Below are positions 38,964-49,191 of a stretch of 64,000 nt of DNA, piece after piece. The notes below the pieces were generated by a model. It worked only from the letters and a program-made list of their open reading frames with translations. It searched no databases and had not been told where the DNA came from. This stretch comes from a virus. The position numbers were made by a program, and so were the translations under genes. The number at the start of each line of letters is the position of its first letter. Position 1 is the stretch's first letter. The DNA is taken from IMG/VR virus record IMGVR_UViG_3300035182_000826, positions 1 through 64,000 of that record; one strand, written 5' to 3'.

Positions 38964-40604
38964 GTGAAGTTGTCATTCAGACAAGGCATTGTCAAGCATC
39001 AAACTGATGCCAACGGCAATCCAATTTTTCTACAGAACGGATCAGGTCAATTCATTGACCTGGTTGTTTCACCCGACACCACAGTGGTGTCATTTGCGCA
39101 TCGGTCTTCAACGTATCTCATTGAAGAAGTCAAGACTGTAAAGAACGCATGGGGGCCAATCACTGGTACTGGCACAAAGTACCTGTACTGGGATGTGAAC
39201 CTATTGAATGGTGAAGTGACGCGCGGCGTGACACTGTTGCCACCAATCTACACGTCTTCAGCTCCTACATCGCCACTGCCAGATCAATACTGGTTTGACA
39301 CTGTGGAAAATGTTTCACGCGTTTGGAATGGCGCTAAGTGGGTTGAGAAGATCAGAGCGTTCGCCGGTTACATCACATCGAACAGCATCATCAAAGCCGC
39401 AAGAATTGGATCAGAGGCCGGCATCACTGGAACGTTTGATGCCGGTTTCTTGGTGCTTGACAGCTTTGGAATGCCGCTCAGACAGAGTGATGGTTCTCTG
39501 TTGACGACAGTGGCGAGTATGAAGATTGTGAATCTTGGCACTACGACGGCTAGACTTGAGCAACCATTGATGTCAGCAATGGCAGCCGAGGAAATTCCAA
39601 TGTACTCATTGGTTCAGTTGAAGCGTGGTCGTAAGATGGTGCTTGCTAGATCAACTGATTACACCACTAGAGTCGCTGGGATTGTTGCAAGCGACATGTA
39701 CGAGGGTGAAGTAGACAACATCATCACGACTGGCGTAGTGAAGAATCAGAACTGGTCATTCACTGATGATCAAATCAGTAAGCCTGTATTTTGCGGCCCA
39801 ACCGGTCAGGTGTCTATCACCCCACCAACACAAGGTGTGAACCAGATCATTGGCTTTGTGTATGACACAGATTCAATCTTCATGAGCATCAAGCCTGTTG
39901 TGGTTCTTGATGTTCCAACAGTAATTACCCCACCACCGCCACCACCGCCAGTCGCTGCGCCAATTGCAAACTTCTATGGTGATGTGATGACAGGCGTGGC
40001 ACCGTTCACGGTGCAATTCACTGACACCTCCACTGGTGCAGAATTCAGAGAGTGGGATTTCACAAATGATGGGTATGTTGATTCAACAGACACAAACCCA
40101 AGCTATACTTTTGCAGCGGCCGGTCTTTACACTGTTCGCCTACGAGTAACGAACTCATTCGGCGCCGATGAGGAAATCAAGGCGAACTACATCACTGTGA
40201 CGGCTCCACAACAGAGCACTGAGGTGAATGTTGGCGTGTCGTTCGGAGCGCCAGTGAACGTTTCAGGCGGTCAAGCCTTTAGCTTCCAAGTCATCACTTC
40301 GAACGCTGGTGGAATTCAAGCTACGAATGTGGTGAGAGTACTCAAGCTGAGAACAAACAACACTACACCAGTAACTATTCTGAATCCTCCAGCCGGTGTC
40401 ACTGTTGAAACTCAAGGTGTGCTCACTGTAGTGACTCTTCCAACGACAGTAGTTGCAGGCGGTGGCACTGATGTGATTGTGCTTCAGGCATCAGCTGCTG
40501 CCACTGCAGGTACCATCCTAATCACTGGTACAGTTTCTTGCGCTGAAACCGATAACACACCACAAGATAACAGCGCAAGCCTTTCTATCACGGTGACACC
40601 ATGA
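38964..40604 (+). CDS. Virion protein with PKD domain and C-terminal Ig-like (DUF11-like) domain
   Basis: PIANF...G.APFTVQFTDTSTG...WDF...NPSYTF...YTVRLRVTN follows a poly-Pro linker; ends DNTPQDNSA; TAAATA at 38934. Confidence 0.75.
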   Translation: MKLSFRQGIVKHQTDANGNPIFLQNGSGQFIDLVVSPDTTVVSFAHRSSTYLIEEVKTVKNAWGPITGTGTKYLYWDVNLLNGEVTRGVTLLPPIYTSSAPTSPLPDQYWFDTVENVSRVWNGAKWVEKIRAFAGYITSNSIIKAARIGSEAGITGTFDAGFLVLDSFGMPLRQSDGSLLTTVASMKIVNLGTTTARLEQPLMSAMAAEEIPMYSLVQLKRGRKMVLARSTDYTTRVAGIVASDMYEGEVDNIITTGVVKNQNWSFTDDQISKPVFCGPTGQVSITPPTQGVNQIIGFVYDTDSIFMSIKPVVVLDVPTVITPPPPPPPVAAPIANFYGDVMTGVAPFTVQFTDTSTGAEFREWDFTNDGYVDSTDTNPSYTFAAAGLYTVRLRVTNSFGADEEIKANYITVTAPQQSTEVNVGVSFGAPVNVSGGQAFSFQVITSNAGGIQATNVVRVLKLRTNNTTPVTILNPPAGVTVETQGVLTVVTLPTTVVAGGGTDVIVLQASAAATAGTILITGTVSCAETDNTPQDNSASLSITVTP

Positions 40605-41545
40605 GCACAGTTTACGAAATTGTCTTTCTTGACAATGACCCAGCATCAGATAGCTATGGCGAAATTGCCAGACTGCCAGACTTAGGGATCATTAACGCTG
40701 GTGGAACTGTTGGTCCAACTTTCTATGTTGGTGATAAACCGCTCTTGTTCGCTGATGGAACTGCTACTGATGGTAGTGCATCGGCAGTCCTGTCAATCAC
40801 CCTTCAGAGTGCCTATGACAAAGGGAACAACATAAATCTGACAGCCGGTCGTGATTTGGTTTTTACCAGCACTTCTGGAAAAAAGGTTGTCGTTGATTCG
40901 AACACTGGCAAGGTCACAATTGACGGTGACCTTGCGGTAAAGGGTGACAGTACTACAGTTGAAGGCACGATCTACAACGTTGATCAGGTTGACATCAACC
41001 CGCCTAATGGGGCCATTACAGGGCTGATCATCAAGCCTGAAGCTGGTGTCACAATGACATCAGACCTTGTCCAGATTTCAGTGCAGAATGCCGGACCAAC
41101 AGTTTTTAGCATTGATGCTGCCGGTGTCACCCATATCGCCTCTCTTGATGTAGGCATAGTGAATGGGTATGACTTCTCATTGCTCGCGGCCAGCATCACT
41201 GATCACTTAAACGGATCTGGCATCAAGCACACTGGAACTGAAATCTCAGTTGCAGGCCCCTTCACAACATTGGTTGGCACGAATGTTGAAGAGGTGCTTG
41301 AATCCATTGATCAACACCTTGTAACACAGGCGGCTGAAATCCGCACATATGAGCATGTGCAAACCGTGAGCGCTGCGCATTGGCTCGTACAGCACAACAA
41401 GGCAAGCACACGACCAACGGTCACAATTTATGGTGATGATGGTTTTCAGTTCTGGCCTGATGAGATTCAAATTGTTGATCAAAATACCATTTCGATTTTC
41501 TTCAACTCACCAACTACCGGAAGAGCAGTAATTTTGTTGTTCTAA
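40601..41545 (+). CDS. Fibre/virion protein with C-terminal adaptor-like module
   Basis: TLQSAYD, TNVEEVLESID; C-terminal HWLVQHNK...PTVTIY...PDEI...ISIFF. Confidence 0.6.
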   Translation: MSTVYEIVFLDNDPASDSYGEIARLPDLGIINAGGTVGPTFYVGDKPLLFADGTATDGSASAVLSITLQSAYDKGNNINLTAGRDLVFTSTSGKKVVVDSNTGKVTIDGDLAVKGDSTTVEGTIYNVDQVDINPPNGAITGLIIKPEAGVTMTSDLVQISVQNAGPTVFSIDAAGVTHIASLDVGIVNGYDFSLLAASITDHLNGSGIKHTGTEISVAGPFTTLVGTNVEEVLESIDQHLVTQAAEIRTYEHVQTVSAAHWLVQHNKASTRPTVTIYGDDGFQFWPDEIQIVDQNTISIFFNSPTTGRAVILLF

Positions 41546-41589
41546 TTTAGATTCTTGGTAAATACCATATATGAATAGCAGTACAAGAC

Positions 41590-41817
41590 ATGAAAAGAAA
41601 TATCGAAACCGATGACATCGTCCTAGCCGCAACCCTGCGTGTTAAGGGATACTTGTTGGATCGTATTGAAAAAGATGGAAAACGCGGGAAGTTTTGCTTC
41701 AATGATGTTGAGCATAATATCCTGCAGGAATATGACCTCGGTCAAGCGTTGGTGGAGCCGGTGACATTCAACAACGCGGTTAAGGCACTCACCACCGCTG
41801 CAAAGCGTATCGTTTAA
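41590..41817 (+). CDS. Small protein, DUF5659-like
   Basis: TDDIVLAATLRVKG...F.F...VEPVTF; TAAATA at 41559. Confidence 0.5.
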   Translation: MKRNIETDDIVLAATLRVKGYLLDRIEKDGKRGKFCFNDVEHNILQEYDLGQALVEPVTFNNAVKALTTAAKRIV

Positions 41818-41834
41818 TCTCTTAGGAGTTCACA

Positions 41835-44144
41835 ATGAAGATTAATGGCTCACTCGTATTTGACGCATCGGCCGCATCAGAAATCCAGAACCTACGCGTT
41901 CAGAAGGTTTCTTCACTGCCAACGTTCGACACAAACTCAGACCCTGGTCGTCTGGTCTATGTCACTGGCACCGCGTCTCTGTACTTTGGTACAGCATCAA
42001 GCTGGCTGGCTGTTGCAACAGGCGGTAACGCTGCTGCTCTGCAAACTGAAGTCGACAATCTCGAAACATCACTTGGCGCTATCGTTGATGGCTCTGGTAC
42101 TTTCGTGGTCGGCGCAGTTACTGGTCCAGCTTTCACCGGTTCAGAAGCATCAGTTACAGAGCTGTTGCAAGCACTCTCTAACTACGCGAACGCAAACAAT
42201 GAATTGTCAGAACTTGATGATGTCGCTATCACCTCAATCGCCAACAAGGATTTGCTGGAATTTAACAGTGTCTCTGGTAAGTGGGTGAACAAGGCAATCG
42301 GCTCGGCATCAGGCGTTCAGGCTTGGGACGCTGGCCTTGACAATCTGGCCGCGCTCGCTGGCACCGGTGTCGTCGTTGAAACTGCTGATGGTCAGTTCGC
42401 TAACCGTTCACTAGTTCCACCTGCAGCCGGTCTTACAATCACTAATCCAGACGGCGTCGCTGGTAACCCAACATTCGCCCTTGCTAATGATCTAGCTGCT
42501 CTCGAGGGTTTGACAACCACTGGTTATGTCATTCGCACAGGTGACGGTACTGCTACAACTCGTTCAATCACTGGTACTACTGGTGACATCGTTGTGACGA
42601 ACGGTAATGGTGTTGCATCTGACACAAGCATTGACTTGGCTGATGTGGTACAAGCCTCTTCTGGTAACTTTGTCAAGGTCACTCTTGATGGCAAGGGCCG
42701 TGTTGTTGGTAACACCGCAGTCGTTGCGTCTGACATCACTACTTTGGTTGACTCAACCTACGTAAATGTCGCTGGCGACACAATGAACACCAATGCTAAC
42801 TTGGTGTTCTCTGGTGCTGGTACTGTCAAGGGCATTCCACTACCAACGGCTGACACTGACGCTGCTAACAAGGCCTATGTTGATGCAATGTCCAATGGTC
42901 TGTCATGGAAGCAAGCCGTTCGTGCTGCTTCAACGGCAAACATTAACGTCGCTACTGGTGGTCTGCTTTCAGTTGACGGTGTTGCACTTGTTGCTGGTAA
43001 TCGCGTGTTGGTCAAGAACCAAACCGCTCCTGCTGAGAACGGCATCTATGTTGTTGCTGCTGGTGCATGGACCCGCGCAGCCGACATGAATGACGCTGCT
43101 GAATTCGACGGTGCTGCTGTCTTCGTTCAAGAAGGTACGACACAAGAGGGGTCTGGCTGGACTGAAACCGCCACTGTTACTACTGTTGGTACTGATGCAG
43201 TTGTATTCTCGCAGTTCACTGGTGGCGCACTTTACACATGGGGTGTTGGTCTAAGCAACACAGGTAACACCATCAACGTGAACGTTGGTGCTGGTATCAC
43301 TGAACTCCCAACTGACGAAGTTGGTATTGACTTGTACGATTCCGCTAACAGCGCACTGATTCTGACTTCTGACGGTACAACCCGCACTACGAACTCAGCT
43401 GGTCAGCTGCACCTCTTGCTTGATGCAGCTGGTGCCCTTGCACAAACTTCAGCTGGCTTGAAGATCAGCAATGCTTCTGTCACGAATGCAATGCTCATGA
43501 ATGATCACGTCGGTCTGAATGGTGACGCTGGCACATCAACACTTGCGCTTGGTCAAACACTCCAAGTTAAGGGTGATTCAGTGCAAGGTGTTGCAACATC
43601 AGTAGCAGGTCAAAACGTTACGGTCACTGCAGTTGATGCAACTTACACTCAGAAGGGTGTCGCATCATTCAACGCTGACTTCTTCAGCGTTACTGCTGGT
43701 GTCGTCAGCCTTGCCGCAACCTTGGATGATCTAACCAATGTTTCAACTGCTGATGCAGCTGCAACTGGTTCTCTCCTGCAGAAGAGCGCAACTGACTGGG
43801 TCTCTGTTTCTCCAGCAACAGTGTTGAACGGCACATCGATCGATAATCTCGGTGATGTTACTTCAACCTCCCCAACTGCTGGTCAAACACTGGTTTACAG
43901 CCCAACGTCTTCAACCTATACCAACAGAAGCATCTACTTCCTGTATAACGGTTCAACGGCGGCTACAACCCACACCGTGACTCACAACCTTGGCCAGAAG
44001 TACTGCAACGTGACGGTTGTTGACGCTTCTGATGAAGTTGTGATTCCACAATCGATCACTTACGATAGCGCGAACGGTCTGACCGTGGTATTCAACACGT
44101 CGATCGCTTGCAAGGTGATTGTCATGGGTGTTAACCTGGCGTAA
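41835..44144 (+). CDS. Tail fibre-like protein
   Basis: DAANKAYVD, the collar-like module (GNRVLVKNQ...ENGIY...WTRAAD), L.DL.DV fibre repeats and a C-terminal THNLG module; related to the 2-3196 protein. Confidence 0.8.
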   Translation: MKINGSLVFDASAASEIQNLRVQKVSSLPTFDTNSDPGRLVYVTGTASLYFGTASSWLAVATGGNAAALQTEVDNLETSLGAIVDGSGTFVVGAVTGPAFTGSEASVTELLQALSNYANANNELSELDDVAITSIANKDLLEFNSVSGKWVNKAIGSASGVQAWDAGLDNLAALAGTGVVVETADGQFANRSLVPPAAGLTITNPDGVAGNPTFALANDLAALEGLTTTGYVIRTGDGTATTRSITGTTGDIVVTNGNGVASDTSIDLADVVQASSGNFVKVTLDGKGRVVGNTAVVASDITTLVDSTYVNVAGDTMNTNANLVFSGAGTVKGIPLPTADTDAANKAYVDAMSNGLSWKQAVRAASTANINVATGGLLSVDGVALVAGNRVLVKNQTAPAENGIYVVAAGAWTRAADMNDAAEFDGAAVFVQEGTTQEGSGWTETATVTTVGTDAVVFSQFTGGALYTWGVGLSNTGNTINVNVGAGITELPTDEVGIDLYDSANSALILTSDGTTRTTNSAGQLHLLLDAAGALAQTSAGLKISNASVTNAMLMNDHVGLNGDAGTSTLALGQTLQVKGDSVQGVATSVAGQNVTVTAVDATYTQKGVASFNADFFSVTAGVVSLAATLDDLTNVSTADAAATGSLLQKSATDWVSVSPATVLNGTSIDNLGDVTSTSPTAGQTLVYSPTSSTYTNRSIYFLYNGSTAATTHTVTHNLGQKYCNVTVVDASDEVVIPQSITYDSANGLTVVFNTSIACKVIVMGVNLA

Positions 44145-44174
44145 TGAGTAATGGGCAACATGCCCAACTATGAG

Positions 44175-44199
44175 TGGGCAGCCAATGGCTGCCCATTTT
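44175..44199 (+). terminator. Intrinsic terminator
   Basis: tgggcagcc-aat-ggctgccca-tttt. Confidence 0.7.
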
Positions 44200-44228
44200 C
44201 ATTCTAAATACTCGAAAGAGGGGATGTC

Positions 44229-44831
44229 ATGAAATTTTTTGGCCACGCTAATCTGCAACAGAACGAACTACAGCGTGCGGTTATTCCGCTGAATACAAAC
44301 TTTCCAACCACACCTGTTGTTGGTGAGCTTGCATTTACAAACAGCATCCTATACATTTGCGTATCAGTAGCTGATGACCTACCAGTCTGGGTTCCACTGA
44401 CGCGCGAAATCACACTCTATACCCATAATCAATCAACATCAAGTGCTAAATGGACCATCACACATGATTTGAACACTACTTCAGTCCTGGTGAATGTCTA
44501 TGATGCGGCGAACAAAATGGTAATTCCTAGTGACATCTCTGTTGACAGCCCATCACAGATCACTGTTTCGCTGAACACCGAGATGACGGGCCGTGCTGTA
44601 GTCTTGAGTGGGCACTTTGATGGAAATGTGAAGCCAACATATGCCTTCACGTACTATCAAACTGATTCCTCAACAACATGGACAATTGTTCACGGTCTTG
44701 GCTATCAACCAATCGTTCGTGTATTCATTGGCAATCAAGAAGTTCAACCACTTTCTATCGTTCATGATAGTGTCAATCAGGTAACTATCACCTTTACTAC
44801 TCCACAAGTTGGTGTTGTGCGTTTGATCTAA
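44229..44831 (+). CDS. Virion protein with two adaptor-like modules
   Basis: WTITHDLN... and WTIVHGLG... modules; TAAATA at 44205. Confidence 0.65.
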   Translation: MKFFGHANLQQNELQRAVIPLNTNFPTTPVVGELAFTNSILYICVSVADDLPVWVPLTREITLYTHNQSTSSAKWTITHDLNTTSVLVNVYDAANKMVIPSDISVDSPSQITVSLNTEMTGRAVVLSGHFDGNVKPTYAFTYYQTDSSTTWTIVHGLGYQPIVRVFIGNQEVQPLSIVHDSVNQVTITFTTPQVGVVRLI

Positions 44832-44838
44832 GGAGCTT

Positions 44839-45063
44839 ATGATGGATCATAGAGTTGCTACGAATTACAAACACGTGCAAACTGATCCATCAGACACATG
44901 GGTAATTGAACACAACTTGTTTGGTTACCCTGTGATTGATGCGTTCGTTGACGTTGATGGGACTATTCAAAAAGTCATGCCGGCTTCAGTGACATATACG
45001 TCAAACAAGATTTGCACACTTGTGTTTGTTGTGCCAAGAGCTGGATTTGCGGTGGTATCATGA
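44839..45063 (+). CDS. Stand-alone adaptor-like module protein
   Basis: HVQTDPSDTWVIEHNL..YPVID...VMP.SV...; AAGGAG RBS. Confidence 0.65.
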   Translation: MMDHRVATNYKHVQTDPSDTWVIEHNLFGYPVIDAFVDVDGTIQKVMPASVTYTSNKICTLVFVVPRAGFAVVS

Positions 45064-46658
45064 ATCTTTTAGCCCCTTTCTCTTACACAAAAACCCAATC
45101 AGATCCTTCTGGAACCTGGGTAGTAACACACAACTTAGGTCGCCCAGTAAATGTTGATGTGATGATTGACAATGTGATTCCTGGAATCACGGAGACAGTC
45201 ATAACTAATGAAACTGACAATGGCACCTCCAGTTCCACGACTGTGTCAAACACTATCAAGATCACTAATCCAACTGTGATCTATGATTCATTTTCAGCTA
45301 ATGGCGGAATTGCAAGTCATCCTGCCGATGTTGGATCTACTTGGGCCGCGATATCATCCATGAACACCATGTCCATGGATGGTGCATTACTTCACCCCGG
45401 TGAAACGTCAGATTCAATTCTGAATGGTGCTGTGAACAATCTTGTGATTGATTCAGACTACGAAATGATTGTTTCTGTTCAAGACAATCGCGGCAGCGGT
45501 GAAGACTATACGTTTCATTTCATTGCTAAATTCAATAAGCAAAATGGATATGGGTTTGCAATGGGCATCAACGTCTCTGATGTTGGGGCTCAACCAACGC
45601 TCACCTATGGTGTCTTCAGAGTTCAAGGTGGATCTGTTACATCATTTGACAATACTTCGTTAGACTTGCCTGCGGGTGGACCACAAGTTTTGAATGGGAA
45701 CTACAAGCTTACGTTCAAATTGAAGGGCAATGACGCGCTTTTCTACATTGATTCTCAGTTCATTGCGATGGTTGATATTTCAACACTTCCAAACTTTGGA
45801 ATGCTTGCAAATCTATGCGGTTTTGGATTTAGCAGTAACTTTAATTTTGCGGTTGATGAACTTTATGTGTATGAGAAAACCAATGGAGTAAGTTTGTCAA
45901 CTAAGGCTGATCCAGCAGATACTTACATGGAACAAATTTCGTCTCAGTATCCAAATGGCTTTTCATTCGTAAATGACACCTATGGAACATGGATTCGTGT
46001 ACCAGCTGGTGGAATGCTTTCTGTTCAAGGTGTTGATCTAGACGAAACCGGTGATTTCACTATTGAAGCAACACTGCGCAGATCATTCTTCACTGACCCA
46101 TTTGCCGAAGGTGCACCAGACGTCGGCTTAACAACTTTTGGTTTCGGTGGTGGTTATTACCCAGTCTTTCAGTACAAAGAAAATCAGGGATCAACACCAG
46201 TTGGCGGTGGTTTGCTTCTTTATTACGGCACATCTGGACTCGACGCTGTTCAAGATGAAACCTTGCAAGATGCCATCATTTACCCAGATGAAACACCATT
46301 TAAGCTTGCGTTCTACAAAGTTGGATCAATGCTTTACACGGCAATCAATGGACACATTGTTTCGTCTGTTGATGTGACTGCATATGAAGTAAGTGCGCAG
46401 GATAATTTTTACATTTTGCATGATCAATCTACTTGCTACAACTTTGACATTCTGAATATGAAGATCACAAGTGGTGTTTCACTTTACGGTGGAACTGATT
46501 TTTCACAAGGCAATATCATAAGCACCAGCTATCAGACCCAGGGGCCTAAGCTTGTTCTTGAAAAGGCAATGCCATCTAGCATTGCTTACAACTCAGACAA
46601 TGAGGTCCAAATTGAATTCTCATATTCCCAGTACACTGGGGTTGTGCGAGTGTTCTAA
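45060..46658 (+). CDS. Putative receptor-binding/lectin-like protein
   Basis: ATG at 45060 overlaps the upstream stop. Adaptor module split around a ~460-aa beta-rich, ConA/LamG-like insert (GDFTIEA...LYTAING). Confidence 0.6.
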   Translation: MNLLAPFSYTKTQSDPSGTWVVTHNLGRPVNVDVMIDNVIPGITETVITNETDNGTSSSTTVSNTIKITNPTVIYDSFSANGGIASHPADVGSTWAAISSMNTMSMDGALLHPGETSDSILNGAVNNLVIDSDYEMIVSVQDNRGSGEDYTFHFIAKFNKQNGYGFAMGINVSDVGAQPTLTYGVFRVQGGSVTSFDNTSLDLPAGGPQVLNGNYKLTFKLKGNDALFYIDSQFIAMVDISTLPNFGMLANLCGFGFSSNFNFAVDELYVYEKTNGVSLSTKADPADTYMEQISSQYPNGFSFVNDTYGTWIRVPAGGMLSVQGVDLDETGDFTIEATLRRSFFTDPFAEGAPDVGLTTFGFGGGYYPVFQYKENQGSTPVGGGLLLYYGTSGLDAVQDETLQDAIIYPDETPFKLAFYKVGSMLYTAINGHIVSSVDVTAYEVSAQDNFYILHDQSTCYNFDILNMKITSGVSLYGGTDFSQGNIISTSYQTQGPKLVLEKAMPSSIAYNSDNEVQIEFSYSQYTGVVRVF

Positions 46659-46666
46659 GGAAAATC

Positions 46667-47005
46667 ATGACAAAACTATACGCATACCTCATAGTCATCG
46701 CTTTAGTCTTCGGAGGAACCTGGGCAGGAGTGGAATATGTTTCCAATCTCCAGTCCTCCGTTGAGAAGCTTAAAAAATCAAACAAAGAGCTAAGTGATGC
46801 AATTGCTGTGCAAAACGAAGCAGTTAAGAAATTGAAGTCTGATGCTGACGAACGCTTAGCTAAAGCAGCAGCTGATTTAGCTGAAGCGAAAAAGCAATCA
46901 GCGCAAAAGACAACACAGGCAACAATCATCTACAAGACAAAGCCTGCTGATCCAAATGACCTTTGCGCTTCGGCTCTTACTTTGATGAACGGAGCTCAAA
47001 AATGA
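46667..47005 (+). CDS. Inner-membrane spanin (Rz-like)
   Basis: N-terminal TM, periplasmic coiled coil and C-terminal Cys; directly upstream of a lipoprotein. Confidence 0.8.
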   Translation: MTKLYAYLIVIALVFGGTWAGVEYVSNLQSSVEKLKKSNKELSDAIAVQNEAVKKLKSDADERLAKAAADLAEAKKQSAQKTTQATIIYKTKPADPNDLCASALTLMNGAQK

Positions 47006-47247
47006 GAGTTCTAATCTGTGCACTCGCAGTGATGCTACTTGCTGGATGTCAAACAGTGACAAAGACAGTGACTGTTGAGGTCCCAGTCCCAGTTGCCTGT
47101 AAAACGCCAGACCCCTCTGAACCAACACTTGCTTTCAATCCACCTTACCAAGACGTGTTTTCAGGAACACGTGATTTACTTGGTGATCGTGAGCTCATGA
47201 AAGGCTACATAATCGAATTGAAAGCCGCGCTTAAAAGCTGCAAGTGA
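47002..47247 (+). CDS. Outer-membrane spanin (Rz1-like lipoprotein)
   Basis: MRVLICALAVMLLAG-C lipobox, Pro-rich VEVPVPVAC segment and terminal Cys; ATGA overlap at 47002. Confidence 0.85.
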   Translation: MRVLICALAVMLLAGCQTVTKTVTVEVPVPVACKTPDPSEPTLAFNPPYQDVFSGTRDLLGDRELMKGYIIELKAALKSCK

Positions 47248-47254
47248 GGGGTAA

Positions 47255-48883
47255 ATGAGTTGCTGTCCTAAAGTAGATCCAGCTGCCGTCATAGGCGGTG
47301 CATTCAACGACAGCTTAGGACCTGAGAGCGATATTCACAAAGGTGAATCAGTCCCATGCTATATGAGCCGTGGAGGTAACACCTCTGGACTGCACGATGA
47401 TGCGAATGCTGACGCACCAGACAAGATTGACAACACAACTATTCCAATCAAGAAAAGCGGAACGAGCGTTTCTGTCGGAACTGATGGAGCTGGTGTCACC
47501 TTTAAACTGACAAGCACCTCTACTAAGACGGCGGTTTCTTGGTCAATTGATGCTACGCCGCCAGGGCTTTCATTCAACACTAGCACAGGTGTTTTGACTG
47601 GCACTTTCACTACACTGGACACAACGTACAACATCACCATATCGGCATATGATTCAACCGTTCAGGATGATTCACACCTGATTGACTCAAGAGCTTTTTC
47701 AGTGACGCCAACGCTGCAAAAGGATGGAGACATCAAGCTTAAAAGCCCACTACCAGGTGGAATCATTAACAGCAGGTTCGGACCACGAATGCACCCAATT
47801 CAGGGCGTCATGAAGCCGCATACCGGCATTGACATGAAGTACGCTGACAGGTCTGTTAAGGATGTTGTTGCGGCCGCTGATGGTGAGGTAATCCTACAAG
47901 GCGGCAATCCTGAATCTGGGTATGGATACCGAATCTGGCTGAAGCACACTGATGGTTCAGGTGCGCATGTGTGCACTACCACCTATAATCACTTGGCAAA
48001 GATCTATGTGAAGGATGGTCAGAAGGTCATGTGTGGCCAGGCTATTGGTCTTGAAGGGTCCACTGGCGCGAGCACTGGTAACCACTTGCACTTTGAAGTG
48101 AAGTTGCCAGATGGAAAGTTCATTGACCCTGAACCATTGATCAATGGTGAAGTCACAGTCGTGACTGCAAATGACTCTACTGGTACAGCTACAGCTCAAG
48201 AAACACGAACTGTTTCTGGTGCTTCCCTTTCAAAGGCAGAGGCTGATGGCACCATGAGTTCATGTGCACAATTCGGCTCTTCATATCCAGCGCCTAGCAC
48301 ACCAAATGGAACAGGCGTACCACCTGGAGGCTCAAGTGATCCATTTGAATTGGCATGGTACTTCACTATGAAACATGAGGTGGGCTCTTGGTGGAGCGTC
48401 AATCCAGGGGAAACACCATCCGACAATGACATTGCGGTTGGGGCAATTGACACACGTGATCAACGAAAGAAGGTTGGCTATGTGAATTTGTCAAATGACC
48501 CAGGTGGTGAGACAAAATTTGGCGTTGCTCAACGTCCAAACCCAAATATTGTCGTGAAGACGATTCAATACAGTCCAGCAAAAACCACAGGGTATCAAAA
48601 CTATTGGCAATCAGCAAAGTCACCCTGTGGCGACAAGTCAAAATTGGTTTCCATCATGCTGTTTGACATGAACTACATGCATGGCGCGGGAAATGCAAAG
48701 ACGATCTACTCAAGAGCAGGCATCTCAAGCTCAACATCAGATAGTCAGGAAAAACAACTTGCTGATGTTCAAGCACTGTATGAAGCACGGTTGGCATTCA
48801 TCAAAGCCATTCCAAGGCCAGAGTTTCAACGCGGTTGGCAGGCTCGTGCCGCTGAGTGTCTAGCATACGTCAAGTCACTGTAA
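47255..48883 (+). CDS. Multidomain peptidoglycan hydrolase: Ig-like + M23 peptidase + GH108-like
   Basis: PPGLSFNTSTGVLTGT (Ig-like); HTGID...YNHL...GSTG.STG.HLHFEV (M23); HE...GYVN...DPGGETKFGV...FD.....G...F.RGW..R (GH108). Confidence 0.85.
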   Translation: MSCCPKVDPAAVIGGAFNDSLGPESDIHKGESVPCYMSRGGNTSGLHDDANADAPDKIDNTTIPIKKSGTSVSVGTDGAGVTFKLTSTSTKTAVSWSIDATPPGLSFNTSTGVLTGTFTTLDTTYNITISAYDSTVQDDSHLIDSRAFSVTPTLQKDGDIKLKSPLPGGIINSRFGPRMHPIQGVMKPHTGIDMKYADRSVKDVVAAADGEVILQGGNPESGYGYRIWLKHTDGSGAHVCTTTYNHLAKIYVKDGQKVMCGQAIGLEGSTGASTGNHLHFEVKLPDGKFIDPEPLINGEVTVVTANDSTGTATAQETRTVSGASLSKAEADGTMSSCAQFGSSYPAPSTPNGTGVPPGGSSDPFELAWYFTMKHEVGSWWSVNPGETPSDNDIAVGAIDTRDQRKKVGYVNLSNDPGGETKFGVAQRPNPNIVVKTIQYSPAKTTGYQNYWQSAKSPCGDKSKLVSIMLFDMNYMHGAGNAKTIYSRAGISSSTSDSQEKQLADVQALYEARLAFIKAIPRPEFQRGWQARAAECLAYVKSL

Positions 48884-48892
48884 GGAATTCAA

Positions 48893-49189
48893 ATGGGGAA
48901 CGTGGTAAGAATTGGCGACTCTGTTTCATGCGGTGCGCACTCAGCAGCTGGTTCATCAAATGTGTTTGTGAATGGCTTGCCTGTCACACATGAAGGTAAG
49001 AGGAACGTGACAGGACATGGGTGCTTTGCACCAACTGTGTTCAACGGGCCTTGGACAAGTACAGTCTTCGTGAACAATGAACCAGTTGCACTTAAGGGTG
49101 TCACCATCATCGTGCCACATAAATGCGGTCATTCGGCGCACAAGGGAACAGCAAGTTCTGGTTCACCAGATGTATCGTTTGAAGAGTAA
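48893..49189 (+). CDS. PAAR-like spike-tip protein (gp5.4-like)
   Basis: VRIGDSVSCG....GSSNVFVNG.PV...H.C...VFVNN.PVA...CGH...GS.DV. Confidence 0.85.
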   Translation: MGNVVRIGDSVSCGAHSAAGSSNVFVNGLPVTHEGKRNVTGHGCFAPTVFNGPWTSTVFVNNEPVALKGVTIIVPHKCGHSAHKGTASSGSPDVSFEE

Positions 49190-49191
49190 TC

